DNA of 64,000 bases from an uncultured Gemmatimonadales bacterium (GCA_963825055.1 CAWGSK010000012.1:480001-544000); one strand, 5' to 3'. Positions 9,701 to 17,915 are shown, counted from the first letter of the stretch. Numbers and translations: made by a program. Notes: generated from the sequence alone by a model not told the origin.

Positions 9701-9916
9701 CGGGTGCTGGAGCTGGGCCGCGAGCTGGATCTCCCGGCGGAACCGGTCGACATTCACACCGGCCGCCATCTCGGGAGGAAGCACCTTGACCACGACGCGC
9801 CGCCCGAGTTCCGTGTCGGTCGCCAGAAATACTCGGCTCATCCCGCCACCGCCGAGCTCACGCTCGATGCGGCAGGTTTCGCCGAGGGCGGCCTGCAGGC
9901 GGTCAGTCAGCTCCAT
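6755..9916 (-). CDS. Membrane-anchored Ser/Thr protein kinase with TM segments and C-terminal TPR region
   Basis: GGGGMSRV, VVVK, HRDIKPEN, DFG, GTPAYMAPEQ, DLYALG; hydrophobic segments; TPR-like helical repeats. Confidence 0.93.
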   Translation of the reverse strand: MELTDRLQAALGETCRIERELGGGGMSRVFLATDTELGRRVVVKVLPPEMAAGVNVDRFRREIQLAAQLQHPHIVPLLTAGARDDLLYYIMPYIEGESLRTRMGRVGALPVPEALALLREIADALASAHAQGIVHRDIKPENVLLSGRHALVADFGVAKAMSASSGATSLTSLGMALGTPAYMAPEQAAGDPNIDHRADLYALGALGYEMLCGRPPFTGPTPQSVLAAQVTQTPEPCTAHRPTVPPALAALIMACLQKHPSDRPQTADEVLVQLEALALSSAGLTPAGSTPVATEPVVRARTISSGTAAAIRAGHPGRVAAMFLGAGALVLAVVYLLVQQLGLPDWVWIGAIVLLALGLPIMLLTGLVERRRALARTTAAAPDAGGWHGWFTWRRAVMGGVAAFAVLGLVAAGYTAMRLLGIGPVGTLVASGVLSERDPLLVADFENHTNDSTLGSTVTEALRIDLAQSAVVRLLDERAVSGALGRMNRPRDTPMTPTVASEMAEREGLKAIIVGQIDPIGTGYVLSARIVSPADNATLVAVRETAADGNALIGAVDRLSSHLRERIGESLRTIRANQPLAQVTTGSIDALRAYTEGLQLEKEGAYDRALEKLGEATTLDSTFAMAWRKQAVILSNTFASRERTVAAATRAYQYRDRLPEIERLHAIAFYYRIVEPDQEKSARAYQAVLERNPDDLVSLNNLALVYGSRRQYAAAESLYRRAATLDTTSRTFGGNLIETLVNEGKVDEADTVLDRYLAAPVTHELFLPWKGAMFALNGLPDSAHAVWEGLLAGDPDLAAQDFLNYEMYSLDRLHGKLDESARHGQTLMKVGRERGIKATPIFDLIDRSRKKLVYENDPEGAARLLDSDLRRFPLDSIPPADRPYLQLATLYAEAGPSERARELIEDYHRAVPESQRRAEWEEGIRGLLLLREGKAREAVPHLRYAADSSCGRCGWALRLSAAFEQIGEPDSAIAALRKAVTPDLFGHENDFDTRAAMYRRLGELYEGQGNRSAAVEYYTKFVDLWKDADPALQPQVREVKQRLGALVGEQPRS

Positions 9917-10038
9917 GCGGAGTCCCCGGGTAGCGTGCAGGTCTCAAAGGAAGGACCCCGTAAGATGGTCCGGTGGGGCCTCCCGGGCCAGTCCAGCCGG
10001 GGCTCAGCATCCGGAGGCTCCCGTGCGTACACAGAGAG

Positions 10039-10509
10039 TTGTCCGTCCCTGACCCGGAGTGCACCCTGACCCTGCGTCCCCTCCTCCTCGGCATTGTCCT
10101 GCTGGGCCTCCTCGGCACCGGCATCGAACTGCTCCTCCTGGGGCACACCGACGGGATCAGCCAGGTGGCCCCCGTGCTCCTGACCGGCGTCGCGATCCTG
10201 GCGGTCGTCTGGCAGTTCCTGGGGCCGGGCGCCGGATCGCTGCGGACGCTCCAGGCCGTCATGCTGCTGTGCGTCGTGGCAGGACTGGTGGGTATTGTGC
10301 TTCACTACCTGGGCAACCGGGAGTTCGAGCTGGAGACCTACCCTGAACTGGCGGGCTGGGCCCTGTTCCGTGAAACCATGACCGGTGCGACGCCCGCGCT
10401 GGCCCCCGCCGCGATGATGCACCTGGGGCTGCTTGGCCTGCTGTATACCTTTCGGCATCCGTTGCTTGCCCATGAGGGGCAGGCCTCCACTTCTCCCATG
10501 GAACCCTGA
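10039..10509 (+). CDS. Hypothetical integral membrane protein (about 4 TM; start uncertain, TTG assumed)
   Basis: Four hydrophobic stretches, GC3-rich codons, stop 1 nt before next ATG. Confidence 0.7.
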   Translation: MSVPDPECTLTLRPLLLGIVLLGLLGTGIELLLLGHTDGISQVAPVLLTGVAILAVVWQFLGPGAGSLRTLQAVMLLCVVAGLVGIVLHYLGNREFELETYPELAGWALFRETMTGATPALAPAAMMHLGLLGLLYTFRHPLLAHEGQASTSPMEP

Positions 10510-10510
10510 T

Positions 10511-11155
10511 ATGCGCCTCTCCCGCATCCTTCGCACGGCCCTTCTCTGCTCCGCCGCGCTTGTCCCGGCGGCCGCCGCCCAGGTTGGCAAGCCGGTCGAC
10601 ATCATCAACCCCAACCTGGCCGGGGAGCCGGAACTGCTCGCCGTGCCGAACCTGGACGCGGCGGTGGTGAAGGCAATCATTGACCAGCGGCCGTTCTCCG
10701 GCATCCTGCCGCTCAACGTCATGCTGTCAAAGCTGCGCACCCCCGAGCAGCTGACTGAGGCCTACCGCCGGCTCTTCATCCCGATCAACCTCAACACCGC
10801 AACCCGCGAGGAAATCCTCCTGATCCCGGGCGTCGGCAACCGGATGCTGCGGGAGTTCATGGAATACCGGCCGTATCGTTCGCTCGCCGTCTTCCACCGG
10901 GAGATCGGCAAGTACGTGGACGACACGGAACTGGCCCGGCTGGAGCAGTATGTCTTCGTGCCGATCGACCTGAACACGGCGAGCGACGAGGACATTACCA
11001 GTATCCCGGGTGTGGGCCGCCGGATGCTCCGGGAGTTCAAGGAGTACCGGCCGTACCGGAACATCGAGCAGTTCCGGCGCGAGATCGGCAAGTACGTCGA
11101 TGCGCCTGAAGTGGCCCGGCTGGAGCGCTATGTCACCCTGACTCCCGCGCCGTGA
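10511..11155 (+). CDS. Secreted helix-hairpin-helix repeat protein (ComEA/HHH_3-like, three repeats)
   Basis: Signal peptide; INPNLA, INLNTA...IPGVG, IDLNTA...IPGVG repeats. Confidence 0.8.
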   Translation: MRLSRILRTALLCSAALVPAAAAQVGKPVDIINPNLAGEPELLAVPNLDAAVVKAIIDQRPFSGILPLNVMLSKLRTPEQLTEAYRRLFIPINLNTATREEILLIPGVGNRMLREFMEYRPYRSLAVFHREIGKYVDDTELARLEQYVFVPIDLNTASDEDITSIPGVGRRMLREFKEYRPYRNIEQFRREIGKYVDAPEVARLERYVTLTPAP

Positions 11156-11189
11156 CGTCCAGCAGGGAACCTGCTATCTTGGCAGGGTC

Positions 11190-11534
11190 ATGACCACGGC
11201 ATTGATGCGGCGGATCCTCTCGCTGGGCCTGCTCCTGACCTTCTTCGGGGGCGGGCTCGGCATGCCTCTCGCGGACGCCGCCCTCGACCACCGGGCGGCG
11301 AACCACGAGGGCGGCCGGATCCATGTCGAGTCGAGCGGCAATCCGCTGTGCCACGCCGAGCGTTGTGTGCTCGGCCTCGCCGCGGCGAACACGGGCGTGG
11401 CCACGAGGACTGGTACCCCCGCCCTCGGCAGCGTCCTCCATGATGCCCCGCTCATCCTGTACTTCCAGCCCGCGGCTCCCCGGCCGGCCGGGCGCCCCTC
11501 CCATCACAGTCGCGCACCACCACCGCTTTCCTGA
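11190..11534 (+). CDS. DUF2946/CruR-like leader protein with C-terminal RAPP arrest motif
   Basis: N-terminal signal/TM, His-rich segment, CHAERC, Pro/Ala linker, ends HHSRAPPPLS; directly upstream of a metal-uptake operon. Confidence 0.75.
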   Translation: MTTALMRRILSLGLLLTFFGGGLGMPLADAALDHRAANHEGGRIHVESSGNPLCHAERCVLGLAAANTGVATRTGTPALGSVLHDAPLILYFQPAAPRPAGRPSHHSRAPPPLS

Positions 11535-11639
11535 GCGATAGCGCGGCCTGAGCCGGCTTCGAGCCGTATCGGGACCGCCTGACGTCGAGACGTGGTCACC
11601 CGGGGCCCGGGTACCGCGGCCATCCATCTCAGGAGAGTG
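11524..11639 (+). promoter_or_regulatory. Anti-SD/SD pairing element (translational attenuator) for the metal-uptake operon
   Basis: CGCTTTCCTGAG (11524-11535) can pair with CTCAGGAGAGTG (11628-11639), 12 bp including 2 G.U; the latter contains the AGGAG SD of ATG 11642. Confidence 0.65.
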
Positions 11640-11641
11640 CC

Positions 11642-13024
11642 ATGCATCCGACATGCCGCCGAATGGCGGTCCTGTTCATCCTGCTGACCGCTCCAGCGGC
11701 CAGCCTGGCCGGGCAGCAGCCCGTATCGGCCGACTCCATGCGCCAGGGGCTCCGGGCGCTGACCGCGCGCCTCGATTCGCTCGAGGCGGGACAGTGTCCG
11801 CCAGCGCCGCTACAGCTGCCGGTGGTGCCGGGAACCGGCAACGCGGCAACTGATTCCCTCAGCGCGGCCATGCAGACCCTGGCCCGGCGCATGAACGCCA
11901 TGGCCGGCGCGCGCTGCGAACAGGTCACCGTGGTGATGGCTGACTCCGCCCGTGATGACCTGGCATCACTCCGGGAGGCTGCCGCCGGGGCTGCCGGCGG
12001 CGTGCCGGAGACGGCGCCCGCCGATACCGGTGCCGGACCGCAGTTCGTGAGTCTCCAGCGGAACCTCAACAAGTACAATCCCGAAATCAGCGCGACGGGT
12101 GACATCCGCCTCGTTGCGCGTGACGAAAATCCCCAGCGTGACAACGGTATCGCACGGGAGTTCGAGCTGGCGTTCCAGAGCAACCTCGATCCCTACTCCG
12201 CGACCAAGATCTACCTGACCTTCGAGGACGAGGAGATCGGGGTGGAGGAGGGGTACATCTACTACTCCGGCCTGCCGGGCAAGCTGCGGGTGGATCTCGG
12301 GAAGTTCCGCCAGGAGCTGGGCGACCTGAACCGCTGGCATCTCCACGCCCTTCCGGAGACCGAGTATCCCCTGGTTTACCAGCGGTACCTGAGCCCCGAG
12401 GGCCTCTCAGGGGTGGGACTGTCGCTCTACACGGTATTGCCCTTCGGGCTCGCCGGCGGGACACACGAGCTCTGGCTGCAGGGGACCACCACGTCAGAGC
12501 TGGATCCCCTCCTCGCCGGCAGCCGGCAGCCGCTTGGTCTGGCCCGGATACAGAACTTCTGGCAGCTCACGCGGAGCACGTACGCCCAGGTCGGTTTCAC
12601 CGGGATGCTCGGCGAGAACACCGACAGCAGCCTCACCAGCAACCTCACCGGCGCGGACTTCCGGTTCACCTGGCGCCCGCCCAACGCGGGCACACGCCGT
12701 GACCTCACCCTGCGGCTCGAGGGCTACCGCCTGCACGCGAACCTCGCCGGCACCGTGACCAACCGGTACGGCATGTTCGCCGACGCGCAGTTCAAGATGA
12801 GCCGGCGGTGGACCATCGGCGGACGGTACGACTACGTCGAGGCCGCCCGTGGGCCGTATGCCGACGAGTGGCGTATCACGCCCGCGCTTACCTGGTGGCA
12901 GAGCGAGTTCGTGTACCTCCGCCTGCAGGGGCAGCATCGGCGGGATCTGGACGGCGCCACCCGCAACGACCTCACGCTCCAGGCCGTCTGGGCCATGGGA
13001 CCGCACAAGCACGAGACCTACTGA
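11642..13024 (+). CDS. Outer-membrane beta-barrel protein associated with metal ABC transporter
   Basis: Signal peptide, N-terminal helical region, alternating beta-strand pattern, NRWHLH and C-terminal GPHKHETY His motifs. Confidence 0.75.
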   Translation: MHPTCRRMAVLFILLTAPAASLAGQQPVSADSMRQGLRALTARLDSLEAGQCPPAPLQLPVVPGTGNAATDSLSAAMQTLARRMNAMAGARCEQVTVVMADSARDDLASLREAAAGAAGGVPETAPADTGAGPQFVSLQRNLNKYNPEISATGDIRLVARDENPQRDNGIAREFELAFQSNLDPYSATKIYLTFEDEEIGVEEGYIYYSGLPGKLRVDLGKFRQELGDLNRWHLHALPETEYPLVYQRYLSPEGLSGVGLSLYTVLPFGLAGGTHELWLQGTTTSELDPLLAGSRQPLGLARIQNFWQLTRSTYAQVGFTGMLGENTDSSLTSNLTGADFRFTWRPPNAGTRRDLTLRLEGYRLHANLAGTVTNRYGMFADAQFKMSRRWTIGGRYDYVEAARGPYADEWRITPALTWWQSEFVYLRLQGQHRRDLDGATRNDLTLQAVWAMGPHKHETY

Positions 13025-13058
13025 GCCGGTCCGGCCGGCCTGAACGAGGATATCAACC

Positions 13059-14087
13059 ATGTACCTTGCCGCACTCATGCTCCTGAGCGGGCTGGCTGGA
13101 CCGGGCACTCCCGCGCCGGCCACCGCCCCGATCAAGGTCGTCACCAGCCTCACGACCTACGGGGCGATCGCCCGCGAGATCGTCGGGGACCGGGGCACCG
13201 TCACATCCATCGCCCAGGGTGACGAGGACCCGCACTTCGTCCAGCCCAAGCCGAGCTTCGTCGCCATCCTGCGCGATGCCGACCTGTTCGTCACCACCGG
13301 ACTCGACCTGGAGCTCTGGGTTCCGCCCCTGCTCGACCGCGCCGGCAACCGGAAGGTGTCCGAGGGCGGCCCGGGATATGTCACGGCCTACACCGGCATC
13401 AAGCTCCTCGAGATTCCCTCATCCGTGGACCGGGCCCAGGGCGACCTTCACGCGGATGGCAACCCGCACATCCACACGGATCCGGTCAACGCGATCATCA
13501 TCGCCCGGAACATCCTGACCGGCCTGAAGCGCATCGCACCCTCGGACGCGGCTTACTACACCCAGCGGGAGCAGGGCTTCGAGCAGCGCGTGCTCGAGGC
13601 CACCGTGGGCCCCGAACTGGTCCGCCTCCTGACGCCGGCCACCACGTTCGAACTGCTGCGCAAGGACACGTTCCTCGACTTCATCCAGGGCAAGTCCTTC
13701 CAGGGCGCGCCGCTGTCCAGCCGCCTGGGCGGGTGGCTCAAGCAGGCCGAGCCGCTCCGCGGCAAGGACATGGCGTGTTACCACAAGGAGTGGGCCTACT
13801 TCACCAGCCGCTACCAGATCCGGTGTGTCGCGTACATCGAGGCGAAGCCGGGCATTCCGCCCACACCACGGCACGTCCAGGAAGTCATCACGCTGATGCG
13901 GGACAAGCACATCCCTGCCCTGTTTGCCTCGAATTACTTCAGCCACAGCCAGATCCAGCAGGTGGCGGAGAAGACCGGCGCGACCGCGGTGATCGTTCCC
14001 GAGAATACCGAGGGCGCTGATGGCATCCACACCTATTTCGACTTGATGAACACCTGGATCACCAGCCTGACCGCGGCCTACAGATGA
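13059..14087 (+). CDS. Metal (Zn/Mn) ABC transporter substrate-binding protein, ZnuA/TroA family
   Basis: EDPHFVQPKPS, GLDLELW, GNPHIHTDP, YHKEWAYF, EAKPGIPPT. Confidence 0.9.
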   Translation: MYLAALMLLSGLAGPGTPAPATAPIKVVTSLTTYGAIAREIVGDRGTVTSIAQGDEDPHFVQPKPSFVAILRDADLFVTTGLDLELWVPPLLDRAGNRKVSEGGPGYVTAYTGIKLLEIPSSVDRAQGDLHADGNPHIHTDPVNAIIIARNILTGLKRIAPSDAAYYTQREQGFEQRVLEATVGPELVRLLTPATTFELLRKDTFLDFIQGKSFQGAPLSSRLGGWLKQAEPLRGKDMACYHKEWAYFTSRYQIRCVAYIEAKPGIPPTPRHVQEVITLMRDKHIPALFASNYFSHSQIQQVAEKTGATAVIVPENTEGADGIHTYFDLMNTWITSLTAAYR

Positions 14088-14121
14088 GGGAGCCAGCCAT
14101 CATGACGCGAGGAGAGACCCG

Positions 14122-14946
14122 ATGCTCGAATTGATGCTGCCGCCGCTGGTCGCCTGCATGGTGATCGTGGCCATCCACTCCTACCTCGGCCTGCACATCA
14201 TCGCCCGGGAGGTCATCTTCGTCGACCTCTCCCTGGCACAGATGGCGGCGCTCGGCTCGGCGGTGGCAATCCTGGCCGGGGCCCAGCCGGACTCCACCTC
14301 CGCGTTCATTTATGCGCTCGGCTTCACGACGCTCGGTGCCTTCATTTTCTCCCTGACCCGGACGTCGGGCCGGGGACGGGTGCCGCAGGAGGCGATCATC
14401 GGTATCGTCTACGTGGTCGCGTCCGCCGCCGCGATCCTCGTGGCGGACCGCACGCCCCGCGGTGGCGAGGCCATCAAGGACATCCTGGTCGGCAGCCTGC
14501 TCTGGGTGACGTGGCCCGTGATCATCCGCCTGGCGCTGGTCTACGTGGCGCTCGGCGTGTTCCACTTCTTCCTGCGGAAACGCTTCCTGACCATCTCGTT
14601 CGACCCGGAGGCGGCGGAAGCGAAGGGCTGGCGGGTACGGTGGTGGGACTTCTGGTTCTATCTCTCGTTCGGCATCGTGATCACGTTCTCGGTCCCGGTG
14701 GCGGGTGTCCTGCTGGTGTTCTCGTTCCTGGTGGTTCCCGCCGCGGTGGCATTCCAGTTCAGCCGCCGACAGGGGGTACTGGCCGTGTTGTCCTGGCTCA
14801 CCGGCCTCGTCGCCAGCGCGGCGGGGCTGGCCATCTCCTTCCACTATGACCTGCCGACCGGCCCTGTGATCGTCTGCATGTTCGGGCTGCTGCTCCTGGT
14901 CGCCTACCTTGCCCGGAGGATGCTGCCCGGCTCCGTCGAGGCCTGA
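14122..14946 (+). CDS. Metal ABC transporter permease, ZnuB/MntB family
   Basis: Polytopic; FVDLSLAQMAALG, EAIIG, SFDPEAAEAKG, GVLLVFSFLVVPAA, DLPTGP. Confidence 0.88.
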   Translation: MLELMLPPLVACMVIVAIHSYLGLHIIAREVIFVDLSLAQMAALGSAVAILAGAQPDSTSAFIYALGFTTLGAFIFSLTRTSGRGRVPQEAIIGIVYVVASAAAILVADRTPRGGEAIKDILVGSLLWVTWPVIIRLALVYVALGVFHFFLRKRFLTISFDPEAAEAKGWRVRWWDFWFYLSFGIVITFSVPVAGVLLVFSFLVVPAAVAFQFSRRQGVLAVLSWLTGLVASAAGLAISFHYDLPTGPVIVCMFGLLLLVAYLARRMLPGSVEA

Positions 14947-14950
14947 GGGG

Positions 14951-16150
14951 TTACCTCGCGGTCGTAAGATCGAGGGCGGCCCGGACCAGCGCGCTCCAGC
15001 GCGCGAGGGCCGGGTCGTACTCGGCGTCATTGATGGTGTTCACTACGCCGATCACGGCGGTGGCCGTGCGCCGGTCGAAGAAGAGAAACGCGCGGAACCC
15101 CCCTTGTTCCCCCGTGTGTCCCACCAGGGTATCCGGCCCTGCCCGCATCAGGAAGAAGGACAGCCCCATGTCACCGGGGGCAATAGCGCTGTCGCTCACT
15201 GCGACGACCGGGCGCCACATCTCCTCGAGCGAGGCCCGGGAGAGGACCGTCGGGTAGCGCGCGGTGACGGCGCTGTCCGGTGCCGGCGTGTCCATCAGGA
15301 ATCGGGCCCAGGTGACGAGGTCATCGAGGGGCGCGTTCCAGCCTCCGTTCGGAATGGTGATCCCGGGGTCGAAGTCCCGGCCGTGCTCCACGACCCGCGC
15401 ACCCGCACTGTCCTGCTCCAGCGTGTAGCGGTTGGAGCGCGAAGCCGCGAGCCAGTAAGGCGTGGCCCCGAAATAACTCCGCGCCATGCCAAGGGGCGTC
15501 CAGATGTTCTTCTGGATATAGGACTCGTACGGCGTTCCGGTGAGTTGTTCCAGTATCCGGGCGAGATAGATGAACGCGGGGTTGCTGTAGCCGTACCTTG
15601 AGCCAGGGGCGAATCGGAGTTCCATGTATGGCATCATGGAAGCCAGCTGCTCCCATCGCGTCGGTTCGAAGGGCTGCCACGGTTCGGTCCCGCCCCAGGG
15701 CCAGGTGGGATTCTGGAAGCCCGAGCTGTGGGAGAGGAGCATCCGGATCGTCACGTCGTCCATTGATCCCCAGGGGTCGTGAACCTGGCGGAGCTCCGGC
15801 AGGTAGTCGGTGACGCGATCGTCGAGCGTCAGGAGCCCGCGGTCGCGAAGCTGCATGATGGCGACGGCGGTCAACGTCTTGGTGATGGAGCCGTAGTGGT
15901 ATATGGTGCCGGGGCCCGCCCGTTCGCCGCGGTCGCGATCCTGCCACCCCGCATCATGCCGTGCGATCACCCGGCCTTCCCGAAGCAGCACGACACTCCC
16001 GCCGACGATGCTGTCGCCTGCCAGGTGGCGGTCGAATGCCGCCGTGAAGGCATCCCACGCCTTCGGCACGCCGGCCTGTGCGCCGAGTTCGGGAGCACCC
16101 GCGAGGACGGCGAGGACGAGTGGGACAAGCCGGCGGATGGGATATGGCAT
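14951..16150 (-). CDS. Serine hydrolase, beta-lactamase/AmpC-like family
   Basis: Signal peptide; SITK (SxxK), LLSHSSG, YSN, GHTG. Confidence 0.9.
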   Translation of the reverse strand: MPYPIRRLVPLVLAVLAGAPELGAQAGVPKAWDAFTAAFDRHLAGDSIVGGSVVLLREGRVIARHDAGWQDRDRGERAGPGTIYHYGSITKTLTAVAIMQLRDRGLLTLDDRVTDYLPELRQVHDPWGSMDDVTIRMLLSHSSGFQNPTWPWGGTEPWQPFEPTRWEQLASMMPYMELRFAPGSRYGYSNPAFIYLARILEQLTGTPYESYIQKNIWTPLGMARSYFGATPYWLAASRSNRYTLEQDSAGARVVEHGRDFDPGITIPNGGWNAPLDDLVTWARFLMDTPAPDSAVTARYPTVLSRASLEEMWRPVVAVSDSAIAPGDMGLSFFLMRAGPDTLVGHTGEQGGFRAFLFFDRRTATAVIGVVNTINDAEYDPALARWSALVRAALDLTTAR

Positions 16151-16206
16151 TGGCGGATCCCGTGCGGGGGAATGCGGGAGGATAACGCGGGAGGTGTTCC
16201 GGATGC

Positions 16207-16238
16207 ACGCGGGCCCCGGGAAACCCCGGGGCCCGCGT
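16207..16238 (-). terminator. Hairpin immediately downstream of tRNA-Ser
   Basis: Perfect 14-bp stem ACGCGGGCCCCGGG-AAAC-CCCGGGGCCCGCGT; no strong U-tract. Confidence 0.65.
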
Positions 16239-16240
16239 CA

Positions 16241-16327
16241 CGGACAGGGTGGGATTCGAACCCACGAAACCCTTGCGGGTTTACCGGTTTTCGAGACCGG
16301 CTCCTTCAACCACTCGGACACCTGTCC
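16241..16327 (-). tRNA. tRNA-Ser(CGA), CCA not encoded
   Basis: GGACAGG/CCTGTCC acceptor stem, anticodon arm CCGGT-CTCGAAA-ACCGG, long variable arm, GGTTCGAATCC T-arm, G discriminator. Confidence 0.97.
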
Positions 16328-16468
16328 TCTGGAGGTTGCGGGGTCAAGAGGGCTCGGGGTCGAGGGGTTATTCGACTTTGGGCCCCGCGGACTCCGCGGC
16401 GAGTAAACTACCGGGACCCCGCCCCTTCTGCAACACGTTCTCAGTGGCGCAAGGCCAGGCTATAGCAT

Positions 16469-16909
16469 TCATTGTCTTGCCCAGTTCATGACGTGCTCCA
16501 CGACGGCGGGGACCGCAGTGCCACCAGACATTGCGGGCCGGTAGACGCTCGAGCTGAGCTGCCGTCGAGCGTATGGCAGGAATACAGAGTCCGACACGGC
16601 CACCCAGCCGATAGTGCACGGATCCGCGTGCCCCGTGGAGTCCACGACGAAGGCCGCTACCACCCTGCCCCGGCGCGGCCCGGTCATCGGGGAGCGCACG
16701 GCTCCTGCGCGGATCAGGGCCGGCGGGGTGTCAATCGGCGAGACCTTCCGTGTTTCCTCGACTACGGTCCGGACGCTGTCTCCATTGATGCCATCACACC
16801 GCCCAGCCAGCTCTGCGGGCTTCACGGGACCCGTCTGGACTGACCCCGCTCTGCCGCCGCACGCGGCGAGCGCGATCAGCAGGACCCCGTGTGATCCCCA
16901 GCCCCGCAT
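16469..16909 (-). CDS. Lipoprotein with TonB C-terminal-like domain
   Basis: Lipobox LAAC; GRVVAAFVVDSTG...YRPA..GG.AV pattern. Confidence 0.65.
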   Translation of the reverse strand: MRGWGSHGVLLIALAACGGRAGSVQTGPVKPAELAGRCDGINGDSVRTVVEETRKVSPIDTPPALIRAGAVRSPMTGPRRGRVVAAFVVDSTGHADPCTIGWVAVSDSVFLPYARRQLSSSVYRPAMSGGTAVPAVVEHVMNWARQ

Positions 16910-17011
16910 AGAAGTCCTCCAGTAGAAGGTGAGCACGAGTATGTCCCCGCCTGGCAGGCGCGCAAGGGGAAGCCCCGCGCAGGACCGGGGGCGACGGTGG
17001 TATCGTTGGAC

Positions 17012-17914
17012 ATGCCCCATTCCCTCCGGGCCGGCGTCTGGCGCCTGGCCGACCCCAAGATCTCCCTCGCCAGCTTCGCCGGCCTCTTTCTGACTGCCTG
17101 TCTTGCCGCTCTCGATGGTGGGCTGGACCCGCTGTGGTTTGCCCTCATAGTCGTCGCGGTTTTCCTGTGGGAAGTAGCCAAGAACGCCTCGGGCGAACTG
17201 GTCGATTACGACTCGGGCACCGACCTGGCGATCCGTCCCGAGGACCGGAGCCCGTTCAGCGGCGGGAAGCGGGTGCTGGTCGACGGACTGCTCACCCGGC
17301 GGGAGACCGCCGCCGTGGCCCTCGCGACCTATACGTCGGGGATCGTCCTCGGCCTGGTGATCGTCGTGATCCGTGAGCCCCGGGCACTCTGGTTCGGCGT
17401 GCCCGGGCTGGCGCTGGCGTGGTTCTACCACGCCTCCCCGCTCCGGTTGTCCTATCGCGGGCTTGGCGAGTCCGCCGTGTCGATCGCCTATGGTCCGCTG
17501 CTGGTGGGGGGCGCTTACCTGGTCCTGCGAGGCCACCTGTCCGTCGCCCCGCTGCTTGCTTCCATCCCGCTGGGCCTGCTGATCGGCGGATTCCTGCTGG
17601 TCAACGAGTTTCCCGACGCGGCCGCTGACGCCGGTGCCGGCAAGCGTACGCTGGTGGTGCGCCTTGGCAAGTCGCGCGCGGCGGGGCTCTTCCTGGCGTG
17701 GGAGGCACTGGCCATCGTCATCGCTGCCGTGCTGCCACTCGCGGGCCTGCCGCAGGGGACATGGCTGGGGCTGGCCGCCGCCGTTCCCGCCTTCATGGCG
17801 GTGGCGGGCGTACGCCACCACGGCACAACCACGGAACTCGTCCCCGCGCAGGGTCAGGCACTGCTGGCCTTCGTGCTATACAGTGTTGGCACCGGGGTGG
17901 GACTGCTGCTCTGA
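17012..17914 (+). CDS. UbiA-family prenyltransferase, MenA-like
   Basis: NASGELVDYDSGTD, PFSGG, P.RLSYRGLGE, NEFPD...D..AGKRTLVVRLG; polytopic. Confidence 0.85.
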   Translation: MPHSLRAGVWRLADPKISLASFAGLFLTACLAALDGGLDPLWFALIVVAVFLWEVAKNASGELVDYDSGTDLAIRPEDRSPFSGGKRVLVDGLLTRRETAAVALATYTSGIVLGLVIVVIREPRALWFGVPGLALAWFYHASPLRLSYRGLGESAVSIAYGPLLVGGAYLVLRGHLSVAPLLASIPLGLLIGGFLLVNEFPDAAADAGAGKRTLVVRLGKSRAAGLFLAWEALAIVIAAVLPLAGLPQGTWLGLAAAVPAFMAVAGVRHHGTTTELVPAQGQALLAFVLYSVGTGVGLLL

Positions 17915-17915
17915 C

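Noticed and set aside
10770..11135. Direct repeats of about 180 nt as CRISPR or mobile element
   Set aside because: They are in-frame HhH domain duplications within a CDS
11100..11190. Zur/Fur box upstream of the metal operon
   Set aside because: No AT-rich palindrome; only CCTGC-N7-GCAGG around the -10-like hexamer, too weak to call
14951..16150. Antibiotic-resistance beta-lactamase
   Set aside because: Motifs only place it in the broad serine-hydrolase family; HTG rather than KTG
3944..16249. 12/13-nt match between the tRNA-Ser 3' end (16237-16249) and 3944-3956 as a possible att pair bounding an island
   Set aside because: Short and imperfect in GC-rich DNA; no integrase and no compositional shift
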